The notes: generated by a model from the sequence alone, not told the origin. A DNA stretch of 64,000 nucleotides from Candidatus Margulisiibacteriota bacterium (GCA_034723395.1 JAYEOW010000040.1:8424-72423), one strand, 5' to 3'. Positions 9,016 to 19,577 are shown, numbered from the stretch's first letter. Made by a program: numbers and translations.

Positions 9016-10541
9016 TAAAAATAAATAGTGCTGCAGTTTTAGGGTTAGATTCGTATCAAATTGAAGTTGAAGTCGATTCCAGTAAAAGATTGCCTGGACA
9101 ATCGATTGTCGGTCTTCCGGATGCGGCGGTAAAAGAGTCGCGCGATCGTGTTCGTGCGGCGATTGAAAATTCCGATTTTCAATTCCCTCCCGGATATTTT
9201 ACCATCAATCTTGCCCCTGCAGACACAAAGAAAGAGGGGCCCCTTTATGATCTTCCGATTGCCCTGGGGATACTTTCGTCCTCTGAGCAGATCTCAACTA
9301 AGGATTCTAACGGTACGGTTGTTTTGGGAGAATTATCTTTAGACGGGAGTGTCCGTCCGGTTAACGGGATATTATCTATTTGCTTATCATTAGCTGGTAA
9401 AAAGAGAAAGATATTGGTCCCAAAAGAGAATGCGGACGAGGCGGCATTAGTCAGAGGACTCGAAGTTATTCCGGTCCAGAGCTTGAAAGAGGCGGTCGGT
9501 TATTTAGGAGGATCAATTAGGATCTCTCCGCACAGAATTGATCTATCCTCACTTTTTAAGAAGGACCCGGAATACGGGATCGATTTTTCGGATGTAAAAG
9601 GGCAGGGGCATGTTAAGCGGGCGCTGGAAATTGCGGCGGCCGGTTCACATAATCTTTTAATGGTTGGCTCTCCGGGCTCGGGAAAAACAATGCTCGCCCG
9701 CCGCATTCCGACCATTCTTCCCCCCTTATCATTAGACGAAGCGCTTGAGGTCACAAAGCTATATTCGGTAACCGGCTTGCTTCATGGTAAAGGGTCGCTC
9801 ATCACTTCCCGTCCTTTCCGCACTCCCCACCATACCACTTCGGACATCGGGATCATTGGCGGAGGAAGGATTCCCAGGCCGGGAGAAGTTAGCTTGGCTC
9901 ATTTCGGAGTGCTCTTTTTGGATGAGTTTCCGGAATTCGATCGGAGAGTGCTCGAAGTTCTCCGCCAGCCGCTAGAAGATGGCCATGTAACCATATCCCG
10001 GGCCCACTCTTCGCTGACTTATCCGGCACAATTTATGCTGATAGCAGCGATGAATCCCTGTCCTTGTGGGAGGCTTTACGATTCCAAACAAAGTTGCAGT
10101 TGTACCCCTTATGAGATCCAGCGCTACTGGAAAAAGCTTTCGGGCCCATTGATCGATCGGATAGATATTCAACTCGAAGTCCCAAGACTCAGACCTGAAG
10201 AGCTGTCTGCGATGCCTGAAGGAGAGCCATCTAGAAATATTCGCGAAAGAGTTATCAAGGCGAGAAATATCCAGCGAGAGCGATTTAAAGATAGTGGGAT
10301 CTATTCAAATTCGAGGATGAACCCAAAACAATTAAAGAAGTTTTGCGAATTGGATAAGGAGGCGGAAGGGATCTTAAAATCGGCAATTATTCACCTTAAT
10401 TTAAGCGGGCGCGCCTACGATAAAGTCTTAAAAGTTGCCAGAACAATTGCCGATCTTGAAAGGATCGAAATGATCGAGGCGAAGCATATTGCTGAGGCAA
10501 CACAATATCGATCATTAGATAGGAAAGGAGGTGAAATTTAG
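9009..10541 (+). CDS. comM: ComM/YifB Mg-chelatase-like AAA+ helicase
   Basis: VGLPDAAVKESRDRVR, GSPGSGKTM, PGEVSLAH.GVLFLDE, AAMNPCPCG. Confidence 0.95.
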   Translation: MLVKINSAAVLGLDSYQIEVEVDSSKRLPGQSIVGLPDAAVKESRDRVRAAIENSDFQFPPGYFTINLAPADTKKEGPLYDLPIALGILSSSEQISTKDSNGTVVLGELSLDGSVRPVNGILSICLSLAGKKRKILVPKENADEAALVRGLEVIPVQSLKEAVGYLGGSIRISPHRIDLSSLFKKDPEYGIDFSDVKGQGHVKRALEIAAAGSHNLLMVGSPGSGKTMLARRIPTILPPLSLDEALEVTKLYSVTGLLHGKGSLITSRPFRTPHHTTSDIGIIGGGRIPRPGEVSLAHFGVLFLDEFPEFDRRVLEVLRQPLEDGHVTISRAHSSLTYPAQFMLIAAMNPCPCGRLYDSKQSCSCTPYEIQRYWKKLSGPLIDRIDIQLEVPRLRPEELSAMPEGEPSRNIRERVIKARNIQRERFKDSGIYSNSRMNPKQLKKFCELDKEAEGILKSAIIHLNLSGRAYDKVLKVARTIADLERIEMIEAKHIAEATQYRSLDRKGGEI

Positions 10542-10678
10542 TGTATAAAGTGGTTTATCAACTACCTTTTAATTCAATTAGAGAAATTTATATGAAGTCA
10601 GATGAACTCCAGACGTGGCTTAGATGGAACTGGCTGAAAGAGAGGATAATTAGTTATGAAAAAGTGTTATCAATATAA
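10541..10678 (+). CDS. Small hypothetical protein (45 aa)
   Basis: GTG start overlapping the comM stop, strong SD AGGAGGTGA; MYKVVYQLPF...WLRWNWLKE... Confidence 0.5.
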   Translation: MYKVVYQLPFNSIREIYMKSDELQTWLRWNWLKERIISYEKVLSI

Positions 10679-10805
10679 TAAAGATAGTTATCGAAGGATC
10701 AGGATGCTGGAAAGAATATTAATAAATGAGAATTCAGATGAAGTTAAGAGACTTTTAGCGATGGTTGGGTTGATGCAGTTTGCTTTAAGGAAGAACGAAT
10801 TATAG
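10656..10805 (+). CDS. Small hypothetical protein (49 aa)
   Basis: ATG with GAGGA SD; MKKCYQYNKDSYRRIRMLE...RKNEL; fills the gap to the convergent gene. Confidence 0.4.
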   Translation: MKKCYQYNKDSYRRIRMLERILINENSDEVKRLLAMVGLMQFALRKNEL

Positions 10806-12146
10806 CTTTATCTTCTCCCCATGTACGATCTTGTTAATCACAAGGCCGGAGAGAAGCTTGGGATAGAAATAAGTCGACTTATGGGGCATTTTTTCGAGCT
10901 TGCTGGCGATCGAGGTGATCTCTTCGAGCTTGGTCGGATTTAGCAAAAAGGCGACCTGATAATCGTGATTATCAACCCGATCGATTGCCTCTTCGAGTGC
11001 TTTAACATATGAGACCTTATCTTCGGTTTCGTTAGCAATTCCAAGGATACGATCAAATACCGCATAGTGAAGAACCGTTACATCGAGGTTTTTCCATGCT
11101 TTCGGCTTTTCCTCCTCGACCATCTCTTCTACAACGTATTCATCTTTTAAGGTCAACAGGTAATATTTGTTATTCCCGAGATACATGCCATAAGCGTGTT
11201 GATCGAGACCTTTCTTTGTTAGATCTTTTAATAGTTTCTTCTGCACCCTTTTTGCAGATGTTTTGGTCGCCTTGTATAATTTCACGTCAAAGAAGCGTTC
11301 GAGCTCTTTTTCAAAACGGTTCGGATCAAAATAGGGTAGATTGTACAGCACCCGATGGATTGGGAGCACGGCTAAACCTTTGTCCTCGATAGGGGTAAAA
11401 TACATCAATATGTGATTATAAGCTTCTTCTTCGGAGAATTTGGTGTTTTTTGTCTTTAGTTCATTCTTAAAACGGAGGGCTGCTTCATAGCGATGGTGGC
11501 CGTCGGCGATAAAGACAGTCTTGTCGCGCATTTCTTTAATGATCTTGGTGATAGCGGGTTTCTTGTCTATTTTCCAGAGGCGGTGTTTTACTTTATCTTT
11601 ATCTTTATCTGTTACATCAATCAGCGGTTTTCTTCGCATGTATTTCTTGAAAATCTTTAAAAGTTTACTTTTTGGATCGCTATAGACCGAGAAGATCGAC
11701 TCAAGATTTGAGGAGGTTGTCCGCATCAGCTGGAGCCGGTCGAGCTTTGCCCGGGAATAAGTCTCTTCATGAGGAAATACCTTGCCGCGTCCCATATCTT
11801 CGAGCCTTAAGAGGGCGAAAAATCCGAGCCGGGTAAACTTTTTACCTTCTAGGCTAAAGCGCTGTTCGTAAATATAAAAAGAGGGTTTTTCATCCTTTAT
11901 CAGGATGCGGTGGCGGAGCCATCCTTCAAGAAAAGCGGCCGAGCGGATATATTTGTTATTATATTCCCCATCACTGGAAAATTCTTTGCCCAGGATAAGC
12001 CGGATGAAATTGAAATCGTGCAGATTATAAAAATCCTCCTGCATTTTATCATCGATAACATCATAGGGTGGGGTAAAAAGATTGTCGAGCTTTTTAAATT
12101 TACCTTTATTATAAAGAATTCCTTCGAAAGGAAATAATTTAACCAT
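10800..12146 (-). CDS. DUF1015 family protein
   Basis: PPYDVI, PHEET, IADGHHRYE, KSTYFYPKL.SGL. Confidence 0.9.
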   Translation of the reverse strand: MVKLFPFEGILYNKGKFKKLDNLFTPPYDVIDDKMQEDFYNLHDFNFIRLILGKEFSSDGEYNNKYIRSAAFLEGWLRHRILIKDEKPSFYIYEQRFSLEGKKFTRLGFFALLRLEDMGRGKVFPHEETYSRAKLDRLQLMRTTSSNLESIFSVYSDPKSKLLKIFKKYMRRKPLIDVTDKDKDKVKHRLWKIDKKPAITKIIKEMRDKTVFIADGHHRYEAALRFKNELKTKNTKFSEEEAYNHILMYFTPIEDKGLAVLPIHRVLYNLPYFDPNRFEKELERFFDVKLYKATKTSAKRVQKKLLKDLTKKGLDQHAYGMYLGNNKYYLLTLKDEYVVEEMVEEEKPKAWKNLDVTVLHYAVFDRILGIANETEDKVSYVKALEEAIDRVDNHDYQVAFLLNPTKLEEITSIASKLEKMPHKSTYFYPKLLSGLVINKIVHGEKIKL

Positions 12147-12203
12147 GGCGATCGCATTATAACATCACTTTAATTTCGCGTCAAATTTGCTATAATACGG
12201 CAG

Positions 12204-14513
12204 ATGAGAACCCGAAAACCGGTAATTTTTGTTTTAATAAGCTTATTTTTCATCCTTCCCGGCTTTGCCAAGTTCATCGATGTGCCGAAAGGGCACAAGA
12301 GCGCTCCCGCCATCCAGAAGCTTCTCGATTTCGGCATAATAAAACTTTCTCAGGAGGGGAAATTTAAGGGAAAAACCCCTGTGACCATGTATCAAATGAC
12401 GGTAATAATGGACGAGATCCTGGACAAATCGGGAAAGAGAAAGGCCCTGGAGGCGGTGCCGATCGAAGATTTTTACGTCAATGTACCAGAAAAACATTAT
12501 GCTTATAGGGCGGTCAGGGATATGGTTAAAATGGGACTTTTTGTTGTTCCTGATTCAAAGGTCTTTCCCGGGGAGATCAAAGTTAACCGCGCAACATTTT
12601 ATTCCTACATGGCGGCCTTTTTAGAGAGGTTGGAGGGGAAGGCCTTGGCAAAGGCGGCTGCGAATAAAGGATATTCGGACCTTTCAAAGGGTCACGCGGC
12701 CTATCCTTATGTGCAAAAACTGATTGGTGCCGGTCTTCTTGGCGGGAAGGGAAAATTCAACGAGAATATGCTGGTTAGCCGTTATGAGATGGCCTCCTTT
12801 ATCGATAAGATCGTTGATTATTACTTAAAACTTAAGGTCGCGGGGAGGGTGGGGGACCAAAGCGGATATATTGATATTCTAAAAAGCAATTACGCCTTCA
12901 ATTCAATTAATGAGCTGATTGAGATCGGAGTATTGAAGCCGAGGGATGGGGAGAAGTTTTTTGGAAAGACCTTGATCAACCGTTATTTTCTGGCGGACCT
13001 GACCTTAAGGATCCTCGAAAAAGTTGTCTTGCAGGAAGATGTTAAGCCTGCCCCCTTTGCCAGGTCTTATAAGGATGTCCCGACGAGCCATTTTGCGTAT
13101 AAGTCGATCCAAAAGCTGATAACTTTAGGAGTCATCCCGCCGGGGAACCGGGCTGAGCTTTTCTACGGAGAGAGGAAGATCAGCCGTTATCAGATGGCAT
13201 ATTTTGCTTTTTCGGCGGTCGAGTATGTGCTGCGCGATACGCTTATCTTTCAACCGGCGCACTCTTCGCTCGGTTATTACGATGTCCCGACCGATTATTT
13301 TGTCTTTGACACGATACAAAAACTGGTATGGCTGGATGTTTTGGAAGGCGGGTTGAAAAATAAGTATAACGGCAACGAATATATCGACCGGTATGAGCTC
13401 TGCTCTTTCTCGGTGGAGCTGATTGAGGCGGTGTTTGAAAAGATCGAGGAGCTGAAAGAGGAGGTTTATAAAAAACCAGAGGGGTTTGGTTTTGAGACCT
13501 ATCTGAACACACAGCTTAATTTTTCCCAGGTTTCAGGCGTGACGGAAGCAAGCGCGTATCAGCAGGCCGATATCATGGTCGACCGGGAGATAAGGAAGGA
13601 CCTTTCGGCTTTTATTTCTTTCTCATCACGCTATAATTTCGGGGATACGACGACTTTAAGCTCCCCTTTCCTGGAACAGGCTTATCTTTTGTTTGAGGAG
13701 GGGCCTTTTGTTGCCCAGGTTGGCCGCGCCGATTATTATCAGGGGTATACCCCGTTTGGGAACAGTATTTATGTAGACACAAATTCGATCGACCAGGTCC
13801 TGGCAAATTATGACCATCATCTGTTCAACCTTAATGCGATCGCCGGTAAGTTTGTTTATTTTGGAGATATAAGCCTGGATTCTAATTTTGGCACAATAGC
13901 TTTTTCTCCCAAACTTCCGCCAACGCTAAGCTGGCTGGAGCTTTCGTTGGGGACGAGTATTGTTACCGATCTTCCTGATCCGACCTTTAGTTATACGCTG
14001 CCGACCAGGGTGGTGCAGGGCTACGGAGGGCTGAGGATAAACCTGTTAAATGTTTTTGAATTTACCGCGGAAACCGCTAACCTGACCTTTAGCGATCCTT
14101 CTGTTTTTTCGATAATCGGGACATCTGCCAATAAAGATACAACAGCGACCCAATATTCACTTTCATATTACTCGGAAGATTTTGGTTATGTGGTATCGCT
14201 GGGCTATCAGGCGATCGGGGACGATTATTTCCTGAGCGTTTTCAACGACCCGACCTCGATCCCGGGGACCGCCCGGAATACCGAAAGCTGGCTGTTCAGG
14301 ACCAGGCATTATCCTTCATCTGCCCAAATGATCGGGGCGGATCTCTCTTATGTCTCAACCGACGGTTATAATAATAAGACAGGATTGTCGGGTTACTATA
14401 ACTTTGAAGTGCTCGAAGATGCTTATCTGAATTTCGAGCTGAGCAAGATCATGGATAATCTCTCTGCGCAGGATGAAATTAGGGCTTCCTGCTCATTTTC
14501 GCTTTCGTTCTAG
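12204..14513 (+). CDS. Secreted protein with six SLH repeats and a probable C-terminal outer-membrane beta-barrel
   Basis: Signal peptide; six (F/Y)xD(V/L/I)..(H/N/Y)....I..L...G-type repeats; aromatic beta-rich C-terminus ending SFSLSF. Confidence 0.8.
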   Translation: MRTRKPVIFVLISLFFILPGFAKFIDVPKGHKSAPAIQKLLDFGIIKLSQEGKFKGKTPVTMYQMTVIMDEILDKSGKRKALEAVPIEDFYVNVPEKHYAYRAVRDMVKMGLFVVPDSKVFPGEIKVNRATFYSYMAAFLERLEGKALAKAAANKGYSDLSKGHAAYPYVQKLIGAGLLGGKGKFNENMLVSRYEMASFIDKIVDYYLKLKVAGRVGDQSGYIDILKSNYAFNSINELIEIGVLKPRDGEKFFGKTLINRYFLADLTLRILEKVVLQEDVKPAPFARSYKDVPTSHFAYKSIQKLITLGVIPPGNRAELFYGERKISRYQMAYFAFSAVEYVLRDTLIFQPAHSSLGYYDVPTDYFVFDTIQKLVWLDVLEGGLKNKYNGNEYIDRYELCSFSVELIEAVFEKIEELKEEVYKKPEGFGFETYLNTQLNFSQVSGVTEASAYQQADIMVDREIRKDLSAFISFSSRYNFGDTTTLSSPFLEQAYLLFEEGPFVAQVGRADYYQGYTPFGNSIYVDTNSIDQVLANYDHHLFNLNAIAGKFVYFGDISLDSNFGTIAFSPKLPPTLSWLELSLGTSIVTDLPDPTFSYTLPTRVVQGYGGLRINLLNVFEFTAETANLTFSDPSVFSIIGTSANKDTTATQYSLSYYSEDFGYVVSLGYQAIGDDYFLSVFNDPTSIPGTARNTESWLFRTRHYPSSAQMIGADLSYVSTDGYNNKTGLSGYYNFEVLEDAYLNFELSKIMDNLSAQDEIRASCSFSLSF

Positions 14514-14873
14514 GGCGCGGTTGACTAGATCGTATATAACTTCCATCATAAAAGGTTTGCTGACGTATTCCATGGCTCCTAATTCGACTGCCCGGACCTT
14601 GCTTTTTTCCGAAGCGTAGCCGGTAACGATGCAGCATTCGGTCGAAGGGCTTAATTCCTTTATCTTTGCCAGAATATCCAATCCGATATCGCGGCCGTTA
14701 AAGCGGAGATCGATAAAGGCGATATCAAATTTATCTTTCTGGACGGCAGAGGCGGCGTCTTCGAGGTTCATAGCCGTCTTGACCGCATACTCCTTTACCT
14801 CAAGGATCATTTTTAGCGATTCGAGGACCGCTAATTCGTCGTCAACTACCAGGCAATTTGTTTTATCGGCCAT
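14493..14873 (-). CDS. Single-domain response regulator (CheY-like)
   Basis: VVDDE, FIDL, VTGY, YVSKPF. Confidence 0.92.
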   Translation of the reverse strand: MADKTNCLVVDDELAVLESLKMILEVKEYAVKTAMNLEDAASAVQKDKFDIAFIDLRFNGRDIGLDILAKIKELSPSTECCIVTGYASEKSKVRAVELGAMEYVSKPFMMEVIYDLVNRALERKRK

Positions 14874-14883
14874 TGGTCTCTCC

Positions 14884-15096
14884 TTATTTTTTCGATAACA
14901 GAAGCTCGAACACGTTTATCTGTTCGATGACCATGCGGCCTCCGTCAGGGCCGGGTTGGGTCAGTTCTATTTTAAACTGCCAGAGCCAAATTACAACCCC
15001 CACCAGTATAGCAAAAACGGCCAGGGTTGCGATCTCGACGATTCGGGCCTGCCTGGCCATCTCCTGCTGGGTTATCGCTTTAAATATATTTTTCAT
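14884..15096 (-). CDS. Small single-pass membrane protein
   Basis: One hydrophobic helix; start overlaps the ABC gene stop (ATGA). Confidence 0.7.
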   Translation of the reverse strand: MKNIFKAITQQEMARQARIVEIATLAVFAILVGVVIWLWQFKIELTQPGPDGGRMVIEQINVFELLLSKK

Positions 15097-16832
15097 TCTT
15101 CACCTGCATGCGCTTGATAGAATTTGTAGAATTCGCCCTTCTTTTCGAGCAGCTTTTCGAACGTCCCTTGTTCCGTTATCCGGTTCTTGTGGATCACGTA
15201 GATCTTATCCGCGTTCTTAAGGGTGGGGATGCGATGAGAGATTATGATCACCGTCTTATCTTTGCAGCGCCTTTTTAGATTTTCATAAACCTTGGCTTCG
15301 ACCAAGCTGTCGAGGGCGGAGGTCGCTTCGTCCAATACCAGGATCTTTACGTCGCGGTAGAGGGCGCGGGCGATTGCCAGCCTTTGCTCCTGCCCGCCCG
15401 AGAGGCCGATCCCCCCTTCGCCGATCCGGGTATCGTAGCCATTGGCGCAGCCCATGATAAAATCGTGGATCTCCGCGTCCTTGGCGGCCTGGACCATGTT
15501 CTTTTCGTTTATCTCTTTGCATCCGTACTGGAGGTTCTCGCGGATCGTCCCCGAAAAAATTATCACATCCTGGGAGACGATCGAGATATAGGCGCGGAGG
15601 GTCATCAGCGAGACCTGTTTGAGGTCGTATTTATCGACATAGATGTGGCCTTCGCTCGGATCTAAAAAGCGGAGGATCAGATCGAGGATCGTGCTTTTTC
15701 CGGCGCCGCTCGCTCCGGCTACCGCGGTGATCTGCCCCGGATTCGCGGTGAGGCTGATGTTTTTCAGAATATACTCTTTCGTATCCGCGTAGTGGAAGCT
15801 GACTTTATCGAATTTGATCTTCCCTTCGATATAATAAAGGACAAAGGTTTTAACGTCCTGGTAAGCTTCGGGCTCAACGTCCATGATCTCGTTGACGCGG
15901 GTGATCGAGACAAAACTGCGCGCCAGTGATTTATATACTTCGCCGAAATCCATAAAGGGCTGGTGGATCTGCCCCAGGTAGACCAGTATCGCCATGATCT
16001 CTCCAATCGTGATATGGCCGGTGATCACGCGGTAGCCGGCATACCAGGCGATAAAGCTGGTCCAGAGGGTAATCATAGTCGAGTCGAGAAAGCTGTTGAA
16101 CAGGCCGGTAAACAGATTTTCCCGCACCAGCATAAAGACCGATCTTAGTTTATCGATCAGCCTCCCGGTTTCATAAACTTCCTGGTTAAAGGATTTGATC
16201 GTCTTAATGTTGCCCATCTTTTCCTGATAAAAGGAATAGATCTCCGATTCTCTTTTTTGGGATTTTTCCTGGATATCCTCAAAGCGTTCGGCAAAGATCC
16301 TGGTCTCGATAAAATAGAGCGGGATGCCGAGCAGGGCGAGGAGGGTGAGATTCCAGTCGATCATGATGCAGATGATAAATAAGGCGATCAGCTGCAGGGC
16401 GGTCTTGACCAGGACCGGGATCGTTTCGGCCACTGTATCCACGATTACGTCAATGTCGTCAGTTACCCTTACCATCATATCGCCCACCTGTTTTTCCTTA
16501 TGCACGCTCATCGGCAGGCGGAGGACGCGGGTAAAGAATTTCTGGCGCAGGTCGATCGAGAGGGTCTGGTGGATAAAGGTGTCGAGGTAGCTGGTTATGC
16601 CGGAGAAAAAGGTATCAAAGAGAAAGATCACGATGCCAAAGAGGACCAAGAAGGTCAATAAGTAGAGATCCCGGTTTGGATAAGCGTAATCGATCAAAAT
16701 TTTTGTGATCAGCGGGGCGGCCATGCTAAAGATGACCGAGAGGCCGACCGCCAGCAGGGACAGTGAGCTTTTATCCCAATAGGGGAGGAGGAGCTTAAAA
16801 TAGCTTCCGAAGATCTTCAACCTTTCATGCAT
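15093..16832 (-). CDS. ABC exporter, fused TMD-NBD (no peptidase domain)
   Basis: N-terminal TM domain, GASGAGKS, LSGGQ, VLDEATSALD, SHR. Confidence 0.95.
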   Translation of the reverse strand: MHERLKIFGSYFKLLLPYWDKSSLSLLAVGLSVIFSMAAPLITKILIDYAYPNRDLYLLTFLVLFGIVIFLFDTFFSGITSYLDTFIHQTLSIDLRQKFFTRVLRLPMSVHKEKQVGDMMVRVTDDIDVIVDTVAETIPVLVKTALQLIALFIICIMIDWNLTLLALLGIPLYFIETRIFAERFEDIQEKSQKRESEIYSFYQEKMGNIKTIKSFNQEVYETGRLIDKLRSVFMLVRENLFTGLFNSFLDSTMITLWTSFIAWYAGYRVITGHITIGEIMAILVYLGQIHQPFMDFGEVYKSLARSFVSITRVNEIMDVEPEAYQDVKTFVLYYIEGKIKFDKVSFHYADTKEYILKNISLTANPGQITAVAGASGAGKSTILDLILRFLDPSEGHIYVDKYDLKQVSLMTLRAYISIVSQDVIIFSGTIRENLQYGCKEINEKNMVQAAKDAEIHDFIMGCANGYDTRIGEGGIGLSGGQEQRLAIARALYRDVKILVLDEATSALDSLVEAKVYENLKRRCKDKTVIIISHRIPTLKNADKIYVIHKNRITEQGTFEKLLEKKGEFYKFYQAHAGEE

Positions 16833-16909
16833 TAATTATAGTATATAACTTGAAGAAGAATCGGGCAAGCTGACGGATTTATGATATAATACTTGTGGAG
16901 GTGTTTATT

Positions 16910-17077
16910 ATGGCAATGAGTAAAAGACACAGCAAAAGCAGCAGGCTTTCAGGTATTAAAAAGACACGAGCAAAACCAAAGATACAAATGGATGATGATT
17001 TGACCCGAACATTTATAAAGAAAACTGAAGGGAAACTACAAAAAAGAGTGCCGGGAACAAAATGGAAAGTGGCTTGA
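16910..17077 (+). CDS. 55-aa Lys/Arg-rich peptide A (candidate radical-SAM substrate)
   Basis: Extended -10 TGATATAAT (16882-16890), SD GGAGGT, ATG 16910; directly upstream of a radical SAM gene. Confidence 0.7.
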   Translation: MAMSKRHSKSSRLSGIKKTRAKPKIQMDDDLTRTFIKKTEGKLQKRVPGTKWKVA

Positions 17078-17094
17078 TAATATAGCTGTATTTT

Positions 17095-18745
17095 ATGCAA
17101 AAAAAAATGTCCCGCACCTAAGCAGTACCACCGTGCTCTGGCTAAAGAAATTATTAGTAATTTATCCTCCCTTATTGAGCTTGATTATTTATCTAAGCGC
17201 GATTCTTCCCCCGATTCATGTGAGATAATTTATCAGCCGGAATTTCTTTATCGAACCGCCGACCCAAGGATTGATTTTATTAAACGCCTTTTAGAAATCA
17301 CTTTCTCTGATTCCGATCTCCCGACTAATCCGTCATCTTTTAGTTTGAAGCGCCTTAAGGACTGGATGGTCGGAATTACAGCTGACGATCTTATTGAACA
17401 GATGAGCTGGGCGTGCAAAGCGGATTGTGTTTTTTGTTATCAGAAAGGGAGCCCCCCTTTTATGCGCGTGAAGATGCGCATGTCTAAGGAAGAGATCAAG
17501 ACACGGCTTAAGTATTATAATGGGAAAAAGGGGCTTACATGGTGTACTCCTTATGAAAATGACGAAGTGTTGAACAATCCATTCATTGAGAATGTGCTGA
17601 AGCAGATCCGGCGAAAAGACAAAGAGATGCTGCGGATCATTACTAATGGGGTCGCTCTTACGCCACAAATGATCGCCAAACTAAAAAAAGCTATGCCGCT
17701 ATTCATTGACATATCGCTAAACAGCACAAATCCTGAGATACGCAGAAAATTGATGCGTGACTCATCCCCGGAAATCGCGATCCAGAGCATCCCCTTGCTT
17801 AGAAAGCACAAAATTCCTTTTGTAGTTAAGATCGTTGCTTGGCCGGGAGTCCCCTTTTCAGATATTGAAAAAACGATCAAGTATGCAGATAAATACGATG
17901 CTTTCCGCGTAGAAATTGGAAGCCCGGGAGTAACGCGTTACCTTCCGGATGTTTCTTTTGATTATAAGCGGCACTGGAAGAGGGTAGTTAAGTTTGTGAA
18001 TTCAATAAAGCGGAAATATAACATACCTATTGTGTCTGATATTTATATTGATAAGAATAATTATAGACGGTGGGATATTCCAGTTGTACAGGGAACCATA
18101 AAGCATTCACCGGCCTATACTCATGGAGTTAAGCCCGGAGACGTTATTGAAGAAGTGAATGGACAGCTTGTGGATTCCCTTTTCGGGGTTTTTAGGGAAT
18201 TGTTGAAGCGGCGGAAGGCGCGGTTAAAGATTCGCCGCGGCGGTAAAACTTTATTTTTTAACCTAAAAGAGAAAAAAAAGTATCCGTATCTATTTGACGG
18301 TCAAAGGATGCGGGGCCCTTTCGGGATAAGATTTAAATTAGCCAAAGAACTCATGCTTTCGGATGACGACATCATTGATATTAAGCGATTTGCTAACATT
18401 CATCGGGCGAAAAGAGTATTAGTTTTAACCTCGGCCAGGGCCTATTTCTTGATCAAATATAAGATGGAGAAGTTGAAACTTTTTAAAAGTAGTAATGCCC
18501 GGATAAAACTGGCGATCGCTGAAAATAAAATGTACGGCGGTAACACCAAGTGCGCGAATTTACTGGTGGTAGATGATTATATTCATGCCGTGAAAAAGCA
18601 CAAGAAGGAATTTAAGCCGGACCTGGTGGTTATTCCTTCGAGCCCCTTTAATGCCTGGGAGCGGGATGTGGTGGGGCGGGTGAACCTCGATATCGAGAGA
18701 GAGACAAAGGTCCCCGTAGAGTTTGTTTACAACGAAATACTCTAA
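17095..18745 (+). CDS. Radical SAM protein with PDZ-like and C-terminal DUF512-like domains; 5' end irregular
   Basis: CKADCVFC, TNG, GVKPGDVIEEVNG (PDZ-like), N..YGGN....LLVVDD (DUF512-like). Frame open from 17081; ATG 17095 is offset by one base at an A9 run; first in-frame canonical start is TTG 17345. Confidence 0.85.
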
Positions 18746-18982
18746 TTACTTATAAAGCTTATTGATCTTCACGCTATCCAAAAAATGAAACCCATCCACC
18801 TTCACGTCTTCTCCCTTATAAGTCAGTGCCACAATATCCATGGTTTCTTTTAGCAGGTCTTTGACGAAATCTTTAAAAGGATCCTTGCTGCGCCGTTTCT
18901 TTTTGGGGATATCCAGCTTCCAGCGTAGAATAAAGTCGCCGTTTTCGTCAAGGTTAGGATTCGTTTGTTTTTTATTTTTCAT
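18746..18982 (-). CDS. 78-aa protein, possibly the isolated N-terminal piece of a paralogous radical SAM gene
   Basis: SD AAGGAG and ATG 18982; DPFKDFVKDLLKET resembles DPRIDFIKRLLEIT in the N-terminal extension of 17095-18745. Confidence 0.55.
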   Translation of the reverse strand: MKNKKQTNPNLDENGDFILRWKLDIPKKKRRSKDPFKDFVKDLLKETMDIVALTYKGEDVKVDGFHFLDSVKINKLYK

Positions 18983-18995
18983 GATGTTTCTCCTT

Positions 18996-19577
18996 TTACG
19001 ATAAAGGTTCAACCCGACTATTATAAACAAATTCAACCGGAATGCCTATTTCGCGTTCGATGTCCAGATTATTTCTGCCGATTATATCTCTGCCCCACAA
19101 GTTAAAAGGAGAGGAGGGAAGAATGATCAGGTCTGGATTGAACTTTTTGGCAGCTTGTTTTATATTCCGAATGAAATCTTCAACGACCAGAAGGTCCCCC
19201 GAGTTGATAGTCCCTCCGAAAAAATAGTTCTTTGCCGAGATCACACGCAGGTTAAGCTGGTATTTTTTTAAAGTGTGTTTTATTAAGGGAGCCACTCTCG
19301 GCGCGGCGTCAATATTATTAATGAGAAAATCTCTAATTGTTTTTAATTCACTGTTTTTGTATTTCCTATTTATCTTTTTTGTTGATTGTAAATAATATAT
19401 CCTTTTTATATATTTTGAAATATTTTCTGGTCTTAGGACATAATAAAAAAACTCAAGGCCAAGGTTTTCTTGAACTACGTCAACTTTATGCTTGTGTAAA
19501 TATGCATAAAGCTTTGCAGTTCCCAATGGTAGATTAAAAGATAAACTACCCGGTGGGGTAAGAAGTAAAATATCCAT
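18996..19577 (-). pseudogene. Chimeric ORF: start of a B12-binding radical SAM protein joined to a DUF512-like C-terminus
   Basis: MDILLLTPP....LPLG.A.L.AYL start; C-terminal about 100 aa clearly paralogous to the C-terminus of 17095-18745 (PDL...PSSPFN.W.RD..GR.NLDIERE...PVEFVYN); no CxxxCxxC. Confidence 0.7.
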
